NCBI GenBank assembly: GCA_951804945.1
Contig: OX638158.1
Span: 17,112,001-17,176,000 of the forward strand
Direction: 5' to 3'
From: Podarcis cretensis
Taxonomy: Eukaryota
Length of the DNA: 64,000 nucleotides
Part shown: positions 37,201 through 48,785 of the stretch, in pieces
How positions within the stretch are numbered: position 1 is the stretch's first letter
Layout: each line of letters starts with the position of its first letter
Program-made: the position numbers and the translations under genes
The notes under the pieces: model-generated
Told to the model about the DNA's origin: nothing
The model's database searches: none
Seen by the model: only the letters and a program-made list of their open reading frames with translations

Positions 37201-38073
37201 TGCTGATGTGTGTGTGTGTTTAGACTTCTTGCCAAATACACCTCAGCTTTCATTTGGCTCACACACCACTAGGATGTAAAGGAAGCACCCAGAATAAATT
37301 CTGTTGCAGTTCATACTAGGCGTATAAGTGGTTAAAGAGCCCTTTACCTGGGTCTGAGCTCAGGGAACAGTGGTTGAGCATTGCAGCATTTGCCAAGCAG
37401 GCATCCTTGGGATTAGGTGCTTATCTAAGGGCCAGGAGGTGGTGGATTTGGCCCACAGGCTATCAGTTCCCTACCCTGGGCTTAAATAGCTTTGTTCTCC
37501 ACCAGTACCATACAAAGGGAACAAGCAAGAAATTGTTCCAGAGGATATAGTACGAAAGGACGTGTTAGAATTAAACACTCTATCCACTATTAATAAGCAA
37601 CGGTATTTACTGTTGCATACTATACTGTTAAGGACACATTAAAAATGTTCTCTACCAGCTTCTACTCAAACAGCCTGTAATTTCATCATAGGCTCTCAAA
37701 CAGGACTGCATCGACTTGACAGTAATTAGACACTTTAAACATGGCTATTACCAGCTTCTTCTGCTCCTTTCTAATAAGGCCTATAAACTGTTTTCTGCCT
37801 CCCCGCTCCTTCAGGTAATTCCCTCCCAAGGCACAAAAGGTGGCAAATGGAATTCACAGAAGGGCCTAGTGGTTGAGGAACTGCTGTGTTCATACTGTGC
37901 AAAAAAAGAAGAAGAAAGAAAGTTGCTTTTCTTAAACTTTCAGGCAGCATGGTCTGTTGAACCATGTCTCTTCGGTTCATTTTAGCGGGAGGAAGTCTCA
38001 GAGACAAGGCTTTTTTAAAAAAGTAAAAAATAAAACTGCAGACAGCATTTCCAAATAAAATTTAATTACTCAC

Positions 38074-38144
38074 CTCTCTGCTTCCAGGCGCATCTCCTCT
38101 CGTTTTTGCCTCCTGAGCTCTCTGCGACGTTCAAAGTCGTCCAT
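38074..38144 (-). CDS. CALD1: Caldesmon first coding exon (smooth-muscle/fibroblast 'gizzard-type' N-terminus), 71 coding nt
   Basis: Reverse strand reads GCC ATG GAC GAC TTT GAA CGT...GCA GAG AG|gtgagt = MDDFERRRELRRQKREEMRLEAE(R), matching the vertebrate caldesmon N-terminus as I recall it. Strong Kozak (GCCATGG) and a canonical phase-2 donor. Too short for the ORF track. Confidence 0.97.
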
Positions 38145-38187
38145 GGCGTGCACTCAGACTTGGTTAAACCCCCCAAATCAGACTGAA
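38145..38187 (-). other. CALD1: 5'UTR part of the CALD1 first coding exon with splice acceptor
   Basis: Minus strand ctctctctttctctttctccctgaag|TTCAG|TCTG...: long polypyrimidine tract with two candidate AGs (exon start 38187 or 38182). Confidence 0.75.
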
Positions 38188-39773
38188 CTTCAGGGAGAAA
38201 GAGAAAGAGAGAGGCGAAAGTTGCTTAGAACAACACATGGAAATGAAAGGGTGCCTTTAATTAACTGGGTTACATTAAATTTTTGTTCGCCTTTTAAATT
38301 CAGCTCCAAATTCAGTTCTCTATCACATTCCCCTTGATAGTAAACTGGATCCCCAAAGAGTCACGGAGATAAAATGTTAAAAATTTTGATGCAACACATT
38401 TTGGAATTCAGCTCCCTAACTAGAAATTAAGATTTTTAAAAGTAAACAAGTACATTTTCTATTTGTTATGCAAAGGCTTTTTTGTGCCGGGGGAACAGTC
38501 TTTTTTAAAAAAAGAAACAAAAAATATATAAACAATTTTATTATTCCTTAAGATTGCACAACAGTTGACAAAACAACTATATATTATTTAACCACGGTCT
38601 AGGTATAATAAACATGAGCAATGTATACATTTTAACATTAGTTTGGTTACTGGAACTGTGAATGAAATATTAGTTAATTTGTAACATCACAATTATACAA
38701 TTGCAGACTTGGGGGAGAGAGAGAAAGAGAGAGAAAGAGGAGGGGAAAACTGTAACTAAAGAAATCAACCAACTTTTTCCAGCAAAATGCTACCCTGAAC
38801 TTGAAAGACGTTTTGCCTTGCTAGCCACACTACTAAAAGGAGGAATGTTGGGAAGATTAAAGGTGGCATTAAGGGTGGAGAGAGAGAACCTAGTGTTTTA
38901 AAACATCATCCAGTCAAAGGCAATTTTGCTATAAATCCTTCTTCAGAAAGCAAAGCTGGAGGTTGGCACATTTTTGCTGGGTTTGGGGGAAGAAGGGTGG
39001 GGAGGGGAGAAAGAGACAGAGCTTGATCCCTGCAATTTAAACAGGCACCTACCTTCCTCCTGAGGGTTTACTCCATGAAATATTTGCTCTCTTCTATAGT
39101 TCCTTCATATGCAAAGCCCTCTCACAGCCTTTGGTTTATATCCTATCGAGACAAATATAGGAGAATTCTCCTGCAGGCCCCAAACTTAAAAATGACTACC
39201 AGAAAAGGGAAAGCTTCTCTCTTTTTTGTCCCTGCTTTGTTTACAGAGCTGTCAGTGGTTAGTTAAACTCTGCCTGGAATCTGGCATTTAAGGCCTGCTC
39301 CAAGATTGCTTCCTGTGCAGAACAGGAGGCCCTCAACTTCCTCTGGAATTCTAGCCTAGACTCTGCACTCAGGGTGCTTTTTTTATTTATTTAAAAGGGA
39401 GAGAGGGAAAAAGAGTCCTCCCCCCTCCCTTGTGCAAAATTTCCAACCCTTTACTCCAAGTTCAGGCATTTGCAATGAAGGAAAGAGGAAAGAGAAGGGG
39501 CGGGAGGACACGGGGTTGATGCACAGTGCAATTTTAAGGAGACAAAAAGAAAACTGGAATTAGTTAAAGCTTGCCTGCTGATTATATGTATATATAGGGC
39601 TTGCTCACATATGATTACTTGGTGGAAGTGAGACAGAGGAGGAGGGGAGACCCATGCAGAGGCCTTCCTTAATATTTGAACAGGAAGACTGTTGCCATGC
39701 TTATCGAGTTGAAGGGCACATCTCACAAAGGTGGGGGAGGGGAGCTGGACAACCATCAAATATTTTCATATTG

Positions 39774-39925
39774 CAGTGGTACCTCGGGTTACATACGCTT
39801 CAGGTTACAGACTCCGCTAACCCAGAAATATTACCTCGGATTAAGAACTTTGCTTCAGGGTGAGAACAGAAATCGTGCAGCGGCAGCGCAATGGCAGCAG
39901 GAGGCCCCATTAGCTAAAGTGGTGG
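39774..39925 (+). mobile_element. MITE family A, truncated
   Basis: Left TIR present; ends abruptly after ctaaagtggtg. Confidence 0.85.
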
Positions 39926-40274
39926 CATTTAAAGCACCATGATACCCCTTTAAACAGTCACAGCTTTCCCCAAAGAATTATTGGAGCTCTAGTTTCTTAA
40001 GGGTGCTAAGAGTAATTATGAGGTTCCTATTCCGCTCCTGAAGCTACAATTCCCTGAGTGGTTTAACAACTACTCACTCTTCTTTGCAAGGGTGTTCTAG
40101 GAACTGTAACTCTCTGGCTGCAGTTGCAGTCCAAAATATCCAGAGAGCACCAGGTTGGCAAACATGGCTCTAGGCTTTGCCCTCTGGCGGAGAGCTCCAC
40201 CCCCCAAAGCTCTCACCCAGAACACAATATCACAGCATTTGGCAAACCTATTGTGCTCAGCTAGATCGGGAAAT

Positions 40275-40630
40275 GGGACGCGGGTGGCGCTGTGGGTTAA
40301 ACCACAAAGCCTAGGGCTTGTTGATCAGAAGGTCGGCGGTTAGAATCCCCGTGAGGGGGTGAGCTCCCATTGCTCAGCCCCAGCTCCTGTCAACCTAGCA
40401 GTTCAAAAGCATGTCAAAGTGCAAGTAGGTAAATAGGTACTGCTCCGGCGGGAAGGTAAACGGCATTTCCGTGTGCTGCTCTGGTTCGCCAGACGCGGCT
40501 TAGTCATGCTGGCCACATGACCCGGAAGCTGTAATCCAGCTCCCTCAGCCAGTAAAGCGAGATGAGTGCCGCAACCCCAGAGTCGGCCACGACTGGACCT
40601 AATGGTCAGGGGTCCCTTTACCTTTACCTT
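40275..40630 (+). mobile_element. Sauria SINE
   Basis: Same family; degenerate TSD tagatcgggaaat / tagatctggaaac. Confidence 0.9.
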
Positions 40631-43600
40631 TAGATCTGGAAACAGCAGCAACTGTTTTCAGCTTGTTTTAGCCAAAGCAAGGAGTAGCAAACGATGGGAG
40701 ACAAATGCTGAAATTTCCTAATGGCCAAATGATGACAAACGCAGAAGGAAAACTCAGTTTCTGGCACTCTGATGCAGAGACACTGAATACAGGCATGGGA
40801 GGAAAATGATCAATTCTGATTGACTGGGGTTATTTAAGCAGAGGCTAAGGGTCCATCTGTCAGGATGTTGTAGCTGCGCTCTACGCTGCAAAAGCTGCTA
40901 GGAGCAGGGTGGGTAGACTAGATGCCTTCCTAGGTCCCTTTCCTTCAAAGCAGCGTTCTATGGCCAACATATCAGTGATGTGGAGCTGTGCCAACCTATC
41001 AACATCCAAGCACCTATGCACTGTCGTGCTGTACACATGAAAACAGATATATGCTTGCAGCACTTCAATGGTCATTCAAGGATCACAGTCCACCACCCCC
41101 ATAGTATTCATTAAGGGTCTATACAAGCAGCCTCAGGCCTAGCATTGCTTGGGCATTCTAAGAAACCAAAACATTGGCGCAGTTATGAAATCAGTGATTA
41201 AAATCAGTGTGGTTTTGAAAGGCTCGGTCCACCATCTTGATTCAAAATAGGGGCCCAGTTGTATCCAAACATAGACAAAAGCCCTCACCTTGATCTTGGA
41301 AACTAACATTTCTTCATGATCGTTTAAGAGGCATCCAAACGCACAGTGGACAAGCAACTTTCCAAAATGTATAGCAATTGGTTTATTCTCCAAAAAAAAG
41401 TGTGCAAATCTCAGAGTATGGCTGCATTTTGGCTTCTGTATCTTTTCTACAAAGTGCTGACTGGGCAGTTTACGTTTATACATGATCTGCATCAAATGTC
41501 TCCCCCATCCTGAATGCAGGCCCTAACTAGAAGTTGCAGGGGACTTGTGGCGGCGGCTGATTCATGTCCTAATCTCCCCACCCGCCATAGACTTGGTAAC
41601 TTCCAGCATAATATATGGCAGACATCTCAGTCAGCCTTCCCCTTGCCCTCCGAAAGCCAAACTGATGATTCTGAGTGGAGGGTACAGCAGGGTGAAGTGG
41701 AATGACATCACACCACTCATTGTCTTTTACTAGGCTTCTTTTTAAGTAGCAAAATTTTAATATGAAAAGTACAAAATGGGGAGGGGGGAATCACAAGATC
41801 TTTTTTAAAAAAAGAATCCTAGTCTCTACAGTAGCCTTAAATGCTTATTAGAATAATGAAATCGGGGCACAGGGAAGGCATGCTGCTCACCCCCCAAAAG
41901 TTGTAATTTAAGAGCACACAACATTTCGTTAAGATGATACAAGCTAGAGTTGTGGTCTGCAATACTACAAAGCTTAAGGAGGCTGCAGAAAGGATCTGGA
42001 GGAAGTGGACACATATTGTAAACAATTCACAGTGCCCAAAAACAGCTTAGAAAAAACTGAGGGATGATGATGGAGGTTAAAGTGGCCACAGCTGAAGGTC
42101 ACCAACTCTTTTAGCAGCTGCTATTAGTGGAGGCATGAGAGTGACTGGGTCTGTTTGTATGCGTAGCCTTGTCTAGGATGTGAAATGGCTAATTCCAAGC
42201 GCACTGGACATTCTGGCCTTTGAGGGTATAAAATGCATTGCTTCAGTTGCGTGTATGCTATGGCATCTGCTGAACCACAAGCAAGCGACCCCGGGGAAGA
42301 AGACAGGCGAGCCATTCCAATTCTCCCTTCCCCACCCCCTCCACCATCTGAAAAGTCAAGCAAACTAGCAGCAATCCGGACTCGAGCTTCGGTTGTTTAA
42401 ACTGGCACCCTGAATTTATAGCTATGTGAAGCATTCTTCTGCAATATCTAAAAGAATTAGATATTCTTAGTCTGTCTGGAAGGAAAACAAATAAATCTGT
42501 TTTCTATCAAAACCTGTTCAGAAATATTTGGAAGTGAAAAATTCTCCAGAAGACTACAAGGGAGGGAGGGTCATTGGCCATTGTTCAGACCTGCTATAAA
42601 CAGGGACAAGTTCTGCAGAAACTGAGAAGAGGTTGAAACCACTCGGAGGCACCTGTTTAACCCTTTGGCATGCTACATGTAAACCAGGGGGAGAAATTAG
42701 CTTGGTCTAAATGTTAATGAAAACCTACCCAGTTCACGCTTTCGAGACCCACACACAAGCTGAAATGCAGCAGTCCTTCAAAACTCATAGCCCTCCTCAT
42801 TGTGATGCAGTCCTCCAACCACAAAATGCATACAGACTGTGTATTTTAGACTAAAGCAGGAACAAAAATGCATATATTACTGAAAATAACACAAAAAAGC
42901 ATCCCAACAGGGGAAATTGCTTGCAAAAATGACTATATTAGGCAAAATAGCACACACAAAAATGTGCTTCTGGAAATCTAGCGGAATGTAGTAGAAATTT
43001 AGTGCTCATTTTTGTGCTAATCATTCCCATTAAAAAAAAAAACCAAACCATTTGCAGCCCTAGAAACCCATATTGTGGGTGCTTTGCTTGTGTAATGAAA
43101 TATTTGGGAGTATTTTGGCATACCTCACAGTGAATCATAGGGGAACGGAAGCATGCATGAGTGGAAAAGGGTAATGGAGTGATAACAGGTCCATTGACAA
43201 TCTTTGTTGTGTCGTACCACAACCCACTTTCATGAATAAATTTGAGTGTGACGTGGTGGTTTGTCAGTCAAAAACCCACAATGCAAAATGTACTGCATTG
43301 CAAAAGGGACATTCGGAATCAAGACAAAATGGCAGCATCTATCATCCTATCTCCCTGCTCAAAAAAAGAAAAAAAGAAACCCCTCCATTTAAGGTTGTTC
43401 TGGACTGACTTCTTCCTCTGTGTTCCTTTCGTGTAACCATGTACGCAGTCCTTACTGTAAACTTGACTATGTTTCCATGTTCATTGAAGATACTGAACTT
43501 GTGCACCACTTTTTTTTTTTTAAAGGATATGTATCCAGCAGCTTGCTTCTTCCCAAACAGAACAGCTCATTTGGGACGCCAGTTAAAATAAACACATTAG

Positions 43601-44304
43601 CTCATGTGAACATAGAAGTTTTGTTTGAATTCAGCCCATCCCTTCGTTCTTCTGTGTGTGCCTTTAAAGACTTTCAAGGCATGGCAATCCCAGGCAAAAC
43701 AACAACAACAACCCTAAATGCCATTCAACTCGATATAGATTTGCAAGGGCCTGTTTTCTGGAAAACCAGGGCTGTGGAGCAAACTCACTGTGCATTGGGC
43801 AAAGCTGGTAAGTTACAAACTCATACTCACCCCCAACCTTCACGTCTGATAAGAGAGAAACTACTTTCAACCCTGGTGGCCTTTAAGATTCCTTTTCTGC
43901 TCCGTTGAGAACAGATCCATGCAGCAAATCTGGAATACTGCACAGCAGCCAGATGCACAAAAAGGGCCCCTGCACCTTTAGTAATTGTGTAGAATAGCTG
44001 ACAAGCTACACCTGCTGAAATCCTTCTTCTATCCAGCTATTAAAGGTGCAGGAGGCCTGTCTTGTATCTGCCCCCTCCTCCACTCTTTCCTGACTGTTTT
44101 CAGAAAATTCAGTCCGGCTTTATTAATTGAAATTGTAAATCAGCTTTCAAGTGATTTCCTGAATGGGCTTCTCACTCTGAAACAGACATAAATTGGTGCA
44201 TATCTGTGGAGATCTTTGGACGCAACACCAAGCCGTGGTTTGGCATTTTGTGAGCAAGCACTGAGGAACCTTGGGCTCGTCCATAGACCTCTCACTTTCC
44301 TCCT

Positions 44305-44601
44305 TGTTATGTACTGAGTTGAATAGGATCCAAAATGCAGCAGTCTTATTGGTCCTAGAACAATAGGATCCAGAATGCAGCAGTCTGATTGGTCCACAGG
44401 AACCACCCAATCCAGCTCCAGGTGGAAGTGAATCCGCAACCTGATTCGCCTACAGGTGAATCCCGGAATTAGCCGATCACATGGGGCCCATTGTGTAAAT
44501 AATGGATATAAATAGACATTCTGGAGGAACTTCCATTCCTCCTCACCACTATGAGCTGAATAAAGAGCATGAAATCCACTCTTGACTCTGAGTATATTTC
44601 A
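44305..44601 (+). mobile_element. Solo LTR
   Basis: TG...CA termini, TATA (tataaa), AATAAA, 5-bp TSD ctcct/ctccc, two 40-bp repeats containing ATTGG. Confidence 0.85.
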
Positions 44602-45405
44602 CTCCCCATGTTCAACAATATTCCCTCCTGGTTCATACGCAAGCACTGACCATCTTCTGCCCATTTGGACAAAACTGTAAACTATGGTTTGCGACAAGTA
44701 AGGATTGGAAAGAAGGTATCTTGCCATGCAGGGGAAAAGAAAGAGCCACAGGCCCCTCAGTGCACATTCATGTAACAAAAATCCATGGATAGGTGTCATG
44801 TCTGAACATACCCTATTTATACTGCACTTGACAGCTTGTTTTAATGGCCCTCTCCCACGGCAGCACTAAACCCGCTTCTGGGTTTTTAATTAAAATGCTA
44901 TATAAAAGCCTTAATCACCTGTGAATGAGCTTGTTTTATGAATGCTTTTATCACTCGGCCGACACCCTCCCTCCTCCTTTCCCTCTCTTTTCCCTCGCAT
45001 CTTGCAGAACTCTGCGCTAAACAAAACATTAAGGTCACGCGCAAGGACAGTCGCGAGAAGCCAGGAAATGCAAAAGGTAAAATTCCAGCAGGAACACTAA
45101 TTAATTCAGCTAGCTGCATGCTTTCAGCAGTATATTTTACAAGACAAACAATGATCCTCTGAGCTAACCTTTCACCCAGGGAGGGGGGATTCTGGAATAT
45201 AGTAATTCCATGCGATGCAGTCAGCAGCCTACAATATCTTTGAGGACGGGTGCGGGGATGGTTCAGAGTTCGGGTGGCCAGATAGAAACAGGGACAGAAT
45301 TCCTATATAATACTTAGCATTTATAGAGTTCACCAGTACAAAACAATCTTGTTGTATGTAAGTGCCACTGAGTTCAGCGAGGGTTCAGTTACCGGTAGTT
45401 AGTTC

Positions 45406-45409
<4 letters not shown>

Positions 45410-45458
<49 letters not shown>
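45410..45458. repeat. (CT)n microsatellite
   Basis: Directly visible. Confidence 0.95.
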
Positions 45459-45645
45459 TAGAGGGACATATAGTCCACCCCCTTTGGCCCAACATGAGGC
45501 TACACAAATCAGAGTTGTTGTTAAACATATATGTTACCCTTCTGCAGAAAACATTAGGGCAGTTTACAGTTTTAAAAATACATTTTTTAAAGTTAAAATG
45601 GCTAGGGTGGGGAACATGATCAAAATCAGGATACTGAAATCAATA

Positions 45646-45883
45646 CAGTGGTTCCTCGGGTTACATACGCTTCAGGTTACAGATTCCACTAACCCAGAAA
45701 TAGTGCTTCAGGTTAAAAACTTTGCTTCTGTATAAGAACAGAAATCGTGCAGGATAAGAACAGAAATCGTCGTGGTGGCAGCAGGAGGCCCCATTAGCTA
45801 AAGTGGTGCTTCAGGTTAGGAACAGTTTCAGGTTAAGAATGGACCTCCGGAACGAATTAAGTACTTAACCCGAGGTACCACTG
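45646..45883 (+). mobile_element. MITE family A
   Basis: TIRs, TA flanks; internal duplication of ataagaacagaaatcgt. Confidence 0.9.
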
Positions 45884-45991
45884 TACTAAGATATCATCAG
45901 ATATTTATTTTTTTTGGGGGGGGGACTTATGCTTTTGTGTAAAATGAATTAATAATGCCTTCATGTGGAATGGAAAAGACGGCAGCATGAG

Positions 45992-46001
45992 CCTTATTTG
46001 G
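45992..46001. promoter_or_regulatory. Canonical CArG box (CCTTATTTGG)
   Basis: CC(A/T)6GG; tggaatg MCAT-like motif ~25 bp upstream. Function unproven. Confidence 0.35.
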
Positions 46002-46499
46002 GCCTTCAGGGGGCGTGTGTAGCTGACCCATCACCAAGCATCTCCACCACTTGCATGCTTGAGGACGAGGTCTGAAGCACGGATCCTGCTCTATACGCAG
46101 AGGCTCCCCCTGTGATTTAGAAACCGCATTGTGCAGGGTCCTAAATCGTACAAGGAGCCGGCAGAGAGAGCAGGATCACCACTTCAGACACTCCCAACCA
46201 CACGTATCGTTTTTACTCTTCTAGAATTTTCCAGAAAGCCAACTGGAGGACAACCTCAAAGGTATGGACTTGAAGCTCTGGTTGCTGGCAGTCTCAGGGA
46301 TCCAGAAGCGCTTACCTGGTAGTGGTGATGGTCACAGTAGCAGCTGGGAACCTACCCAGAGTATGCTAGAATGCACCAGAAGGCATGGCGCAGGAATGGG
46401 GAAGAAATGTAGGTCTGTTATCATTTAGAGGGAAACCTATGCAATTCGCCCTTCCTGGGCTGTGCAGTCATTTCGAGATTCACCCTTTACCCAACCTCC

Positions 46500-46890
46500 A
46501 CTCTAATTCAGGTTTTTCTCCCTCTCTCATAACAACAGAAACTCATGGACCTGCAATGAAACTGGATGTTGGAAGATTCGGAACAGGTATCATGCAGCAC
46601 ATAGTTAAATGGTGGACCTCCCTCCCACAGGAAGCAGTAAGGACCACTAACTTGGATGGTTTTCAAAGAAGATTAGATGAATTCATAGTGGGCCAGGCTT
46701 TTCAATGGCTACTAGCCATGGAGGCAGAAATGCTTCGAAATACAGTACCAGTCACTGTAAACTGCAGGGGGTGTGCGTGCTCTTGGGCTTAGAAATTGCT
46801 TGCGGGTCTCCCACAGGAATCTGGTTGGCCACTGTGAAAACAGGATGCCGGACTAGATGTTCTTATTCTTGCTCTTGTTCTTATGCTCTG
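46500..46890 (+). mobile_element. Old CR1-type LINE 3' fragment
   Basis: Degenerate ORF2 end (HIVKWWTSLPQEAV...GFQRRLDEF) plus 3'UTR. Confidence 0.6.
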
Positions 46891-46926
46891 GTTGATTGAT
46901 TGATTGATTGATTGATTGACTGATTT
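46891..46926. repeat. (GATT)n microsatellite
   Basis: Directly visible. Confidence 0.95.
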
Positions 46927-47409
46927 ACCCTCTGCCTCACAAAGACTTCTGTGCAACTGGAAAACCTGGTGTTCTCCTCCACCAAGACAGACATTAAAAA
47001 CAACAATAGCAACAACAAAAGCATCTCAGCAATTTGGGATTCTACCTGCTTTCAAATGAAACCACTCTCAGGAGCTTTGCGGATCATTCATGGCTCATGG
47101 CAAGCTTTTTCATCTTAGGGGCATTCGGGAGACTTGTTCCTCAAGTAAACTACCGTATTTCACGAGGAAGACCGTGGGAGGGGGTAGGGGATGAAACAGG
47201 TGCTGCTAATCAGAGCATAGACACACACACACATGCATACATATCGAATGCAGACTTACCCGGAAGTCTGAATGGATACAATCCATCTTGTTGCTCAGAG
47301 AACATATGATTCCCCCTTTGCACATTGCAAAATGTTAAAGCAGACAAAAATGATTGTGGAAATGACTAAGCACTCTGAGGGTTATTATTAAAAGTGTCTA
47401 CAGTTTAAG

Positions 47410-48325
47410 GGAGTACGACAAGGCTGTATATTGTCTCCCTGCTTATTTAACTTATATGCAGAATTAATCATGCGAAAGGCTGGGCTGGATGTTTCCAAAG
47501 CCGGAATTAAGATTGCCAGAAGAAATATCAACAACCTCAGATATTCAGGTGACACAGCATTGATGGCAGAAAGTGAGAAGGAATTAAAGAACCTTTTAAT
47601 GAGGGTGAAAGAGGAGAGCGAAAAATATGGTCTGAAGCTCAACATCAAAAAAATGAAGATCATGGCCACTGGTCCCATCACCTCCTGGCAAATAGAAAGG
47701 GAAGAAATGGAGGCAGTGAGAGATTTTACTTTCTTGGGCTCCATGATCATTGCAGATGGTGAGAGCAGCCACGGAATTAAAAGACGCCTGCTTCTTGGGA
47801 GAAAAGCAATGACAAACCTAGACAGCATCTTAAAAAGTAGAGACATCACCTTGCCAACAAAGGTCCCTATAGTTAAAGCTATGGTTTTCCCAGTAGTGAT
47901 GTATGGAAGTGAGAGCTGGACCATAAAGAAGGCTGATCGCCGAAGAATTGATGCTTTTGAATTCTGGTGCTGGAGGAGACTCTTGAGAGTCCCATGGACT
48001 GCAAGAAGATCAAACCTATCCATTCTGAAGGAAATTAGCCCTGAGTGCTCACTGAAAGTACAGATCCTGAAGCTGAGGCTCCAGTACTTTGGCCACCTCA
48101 TGAGAAGGGAAGACTCCCTGGAAAAGACCCTGATGTTGGGAAAGATGGAGGGCACAAGGAGAAGGGGACAACAGAGGATGAGATGGTTGGACAGTCTTCT
48201 CGAAGCTACCAGCATGAATTTGACCAAACTGCGGGAGGCAGTGGAAGACAGGAGTGCCTGGTGTGCTCTGGTCCATGGGGTCACGAAGAGTCAGACACAA
48301 CTAAACGACTAAACAACAACTACTA
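47410..48325 (+). mobile_element. 5'-truncated BovB (RTE clade) LINE, RT C-terminal half
   Basis: ORF 47431-48312 (GVRQGCILSP...NINNLRY...KAMVFPVVMYGSESWT...LQYFGHLMRR...VHGVTKS) is typical BovB ORF. (CAA)n tail; perfect 12-bp TSD ctacagtttaag (47398-47409 / 48326-48337). Confidence 0.95.
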
Positions 48326-48421
48326 CTACAGTTTAAGATCAGCTTTGCTTCCAATAACTCCAAAGCCAATCATGACAATTGCCTTTCTTAAAAAAAAAAA
48401 AGCTCAACAACTTAGGGTTGT

Positions 48422-48785
48422 TGTTATGTACTGAGTCGAATAGGATCCAAACTGCAGCAGTCTGATTGGTCCTAGAACAATAGGATCCAAAAGGCAGCAG
48501 TCTGATTGGTCCTAGAACAATAGGATTCAGAATGCAGCAATCTGATTGGTCCTAGAACAATGCAGCAGTATGATTGGTTGGCAGGAACCACCCAATCATG
48601 CTCCAGATTGAAGTGAATCCACAACCTGATTGGCTTACAGTAGAATTCCGGAATTAGCCAATCATGTGCAGCCCTTTGTGTAAATAATGTATATAAAGCA
48701 GATACTGAGGGGACATTCATTCCTCCTCACCACTATGAGCTGAATAAAGAGCATGAAATCACTTTGCGACTCTGAGTATATTTCA
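48422..48785 (+). mobile_element. Solo LTR, same family
   Basis: TG...CA, perfect 5-bp TSD gttgt, three and a partial fourth 40-bp repeats, TATA and AATAAA. Confidence 0.88.

Noticed and set aside
47388-48284. 298-aa minus-strand ORF
   Set aside because: It is the antisense shadow of the BovB ORF; no independent evidence.
44305-48785. Full-length LTR retrotransposon or provirus with an internal RT ORF
   Set aside because: Each LTR has its own different 5-bp TSD, and I see no gag or integrase. The RT ORF between them is a BovB LINE with its own TSD.
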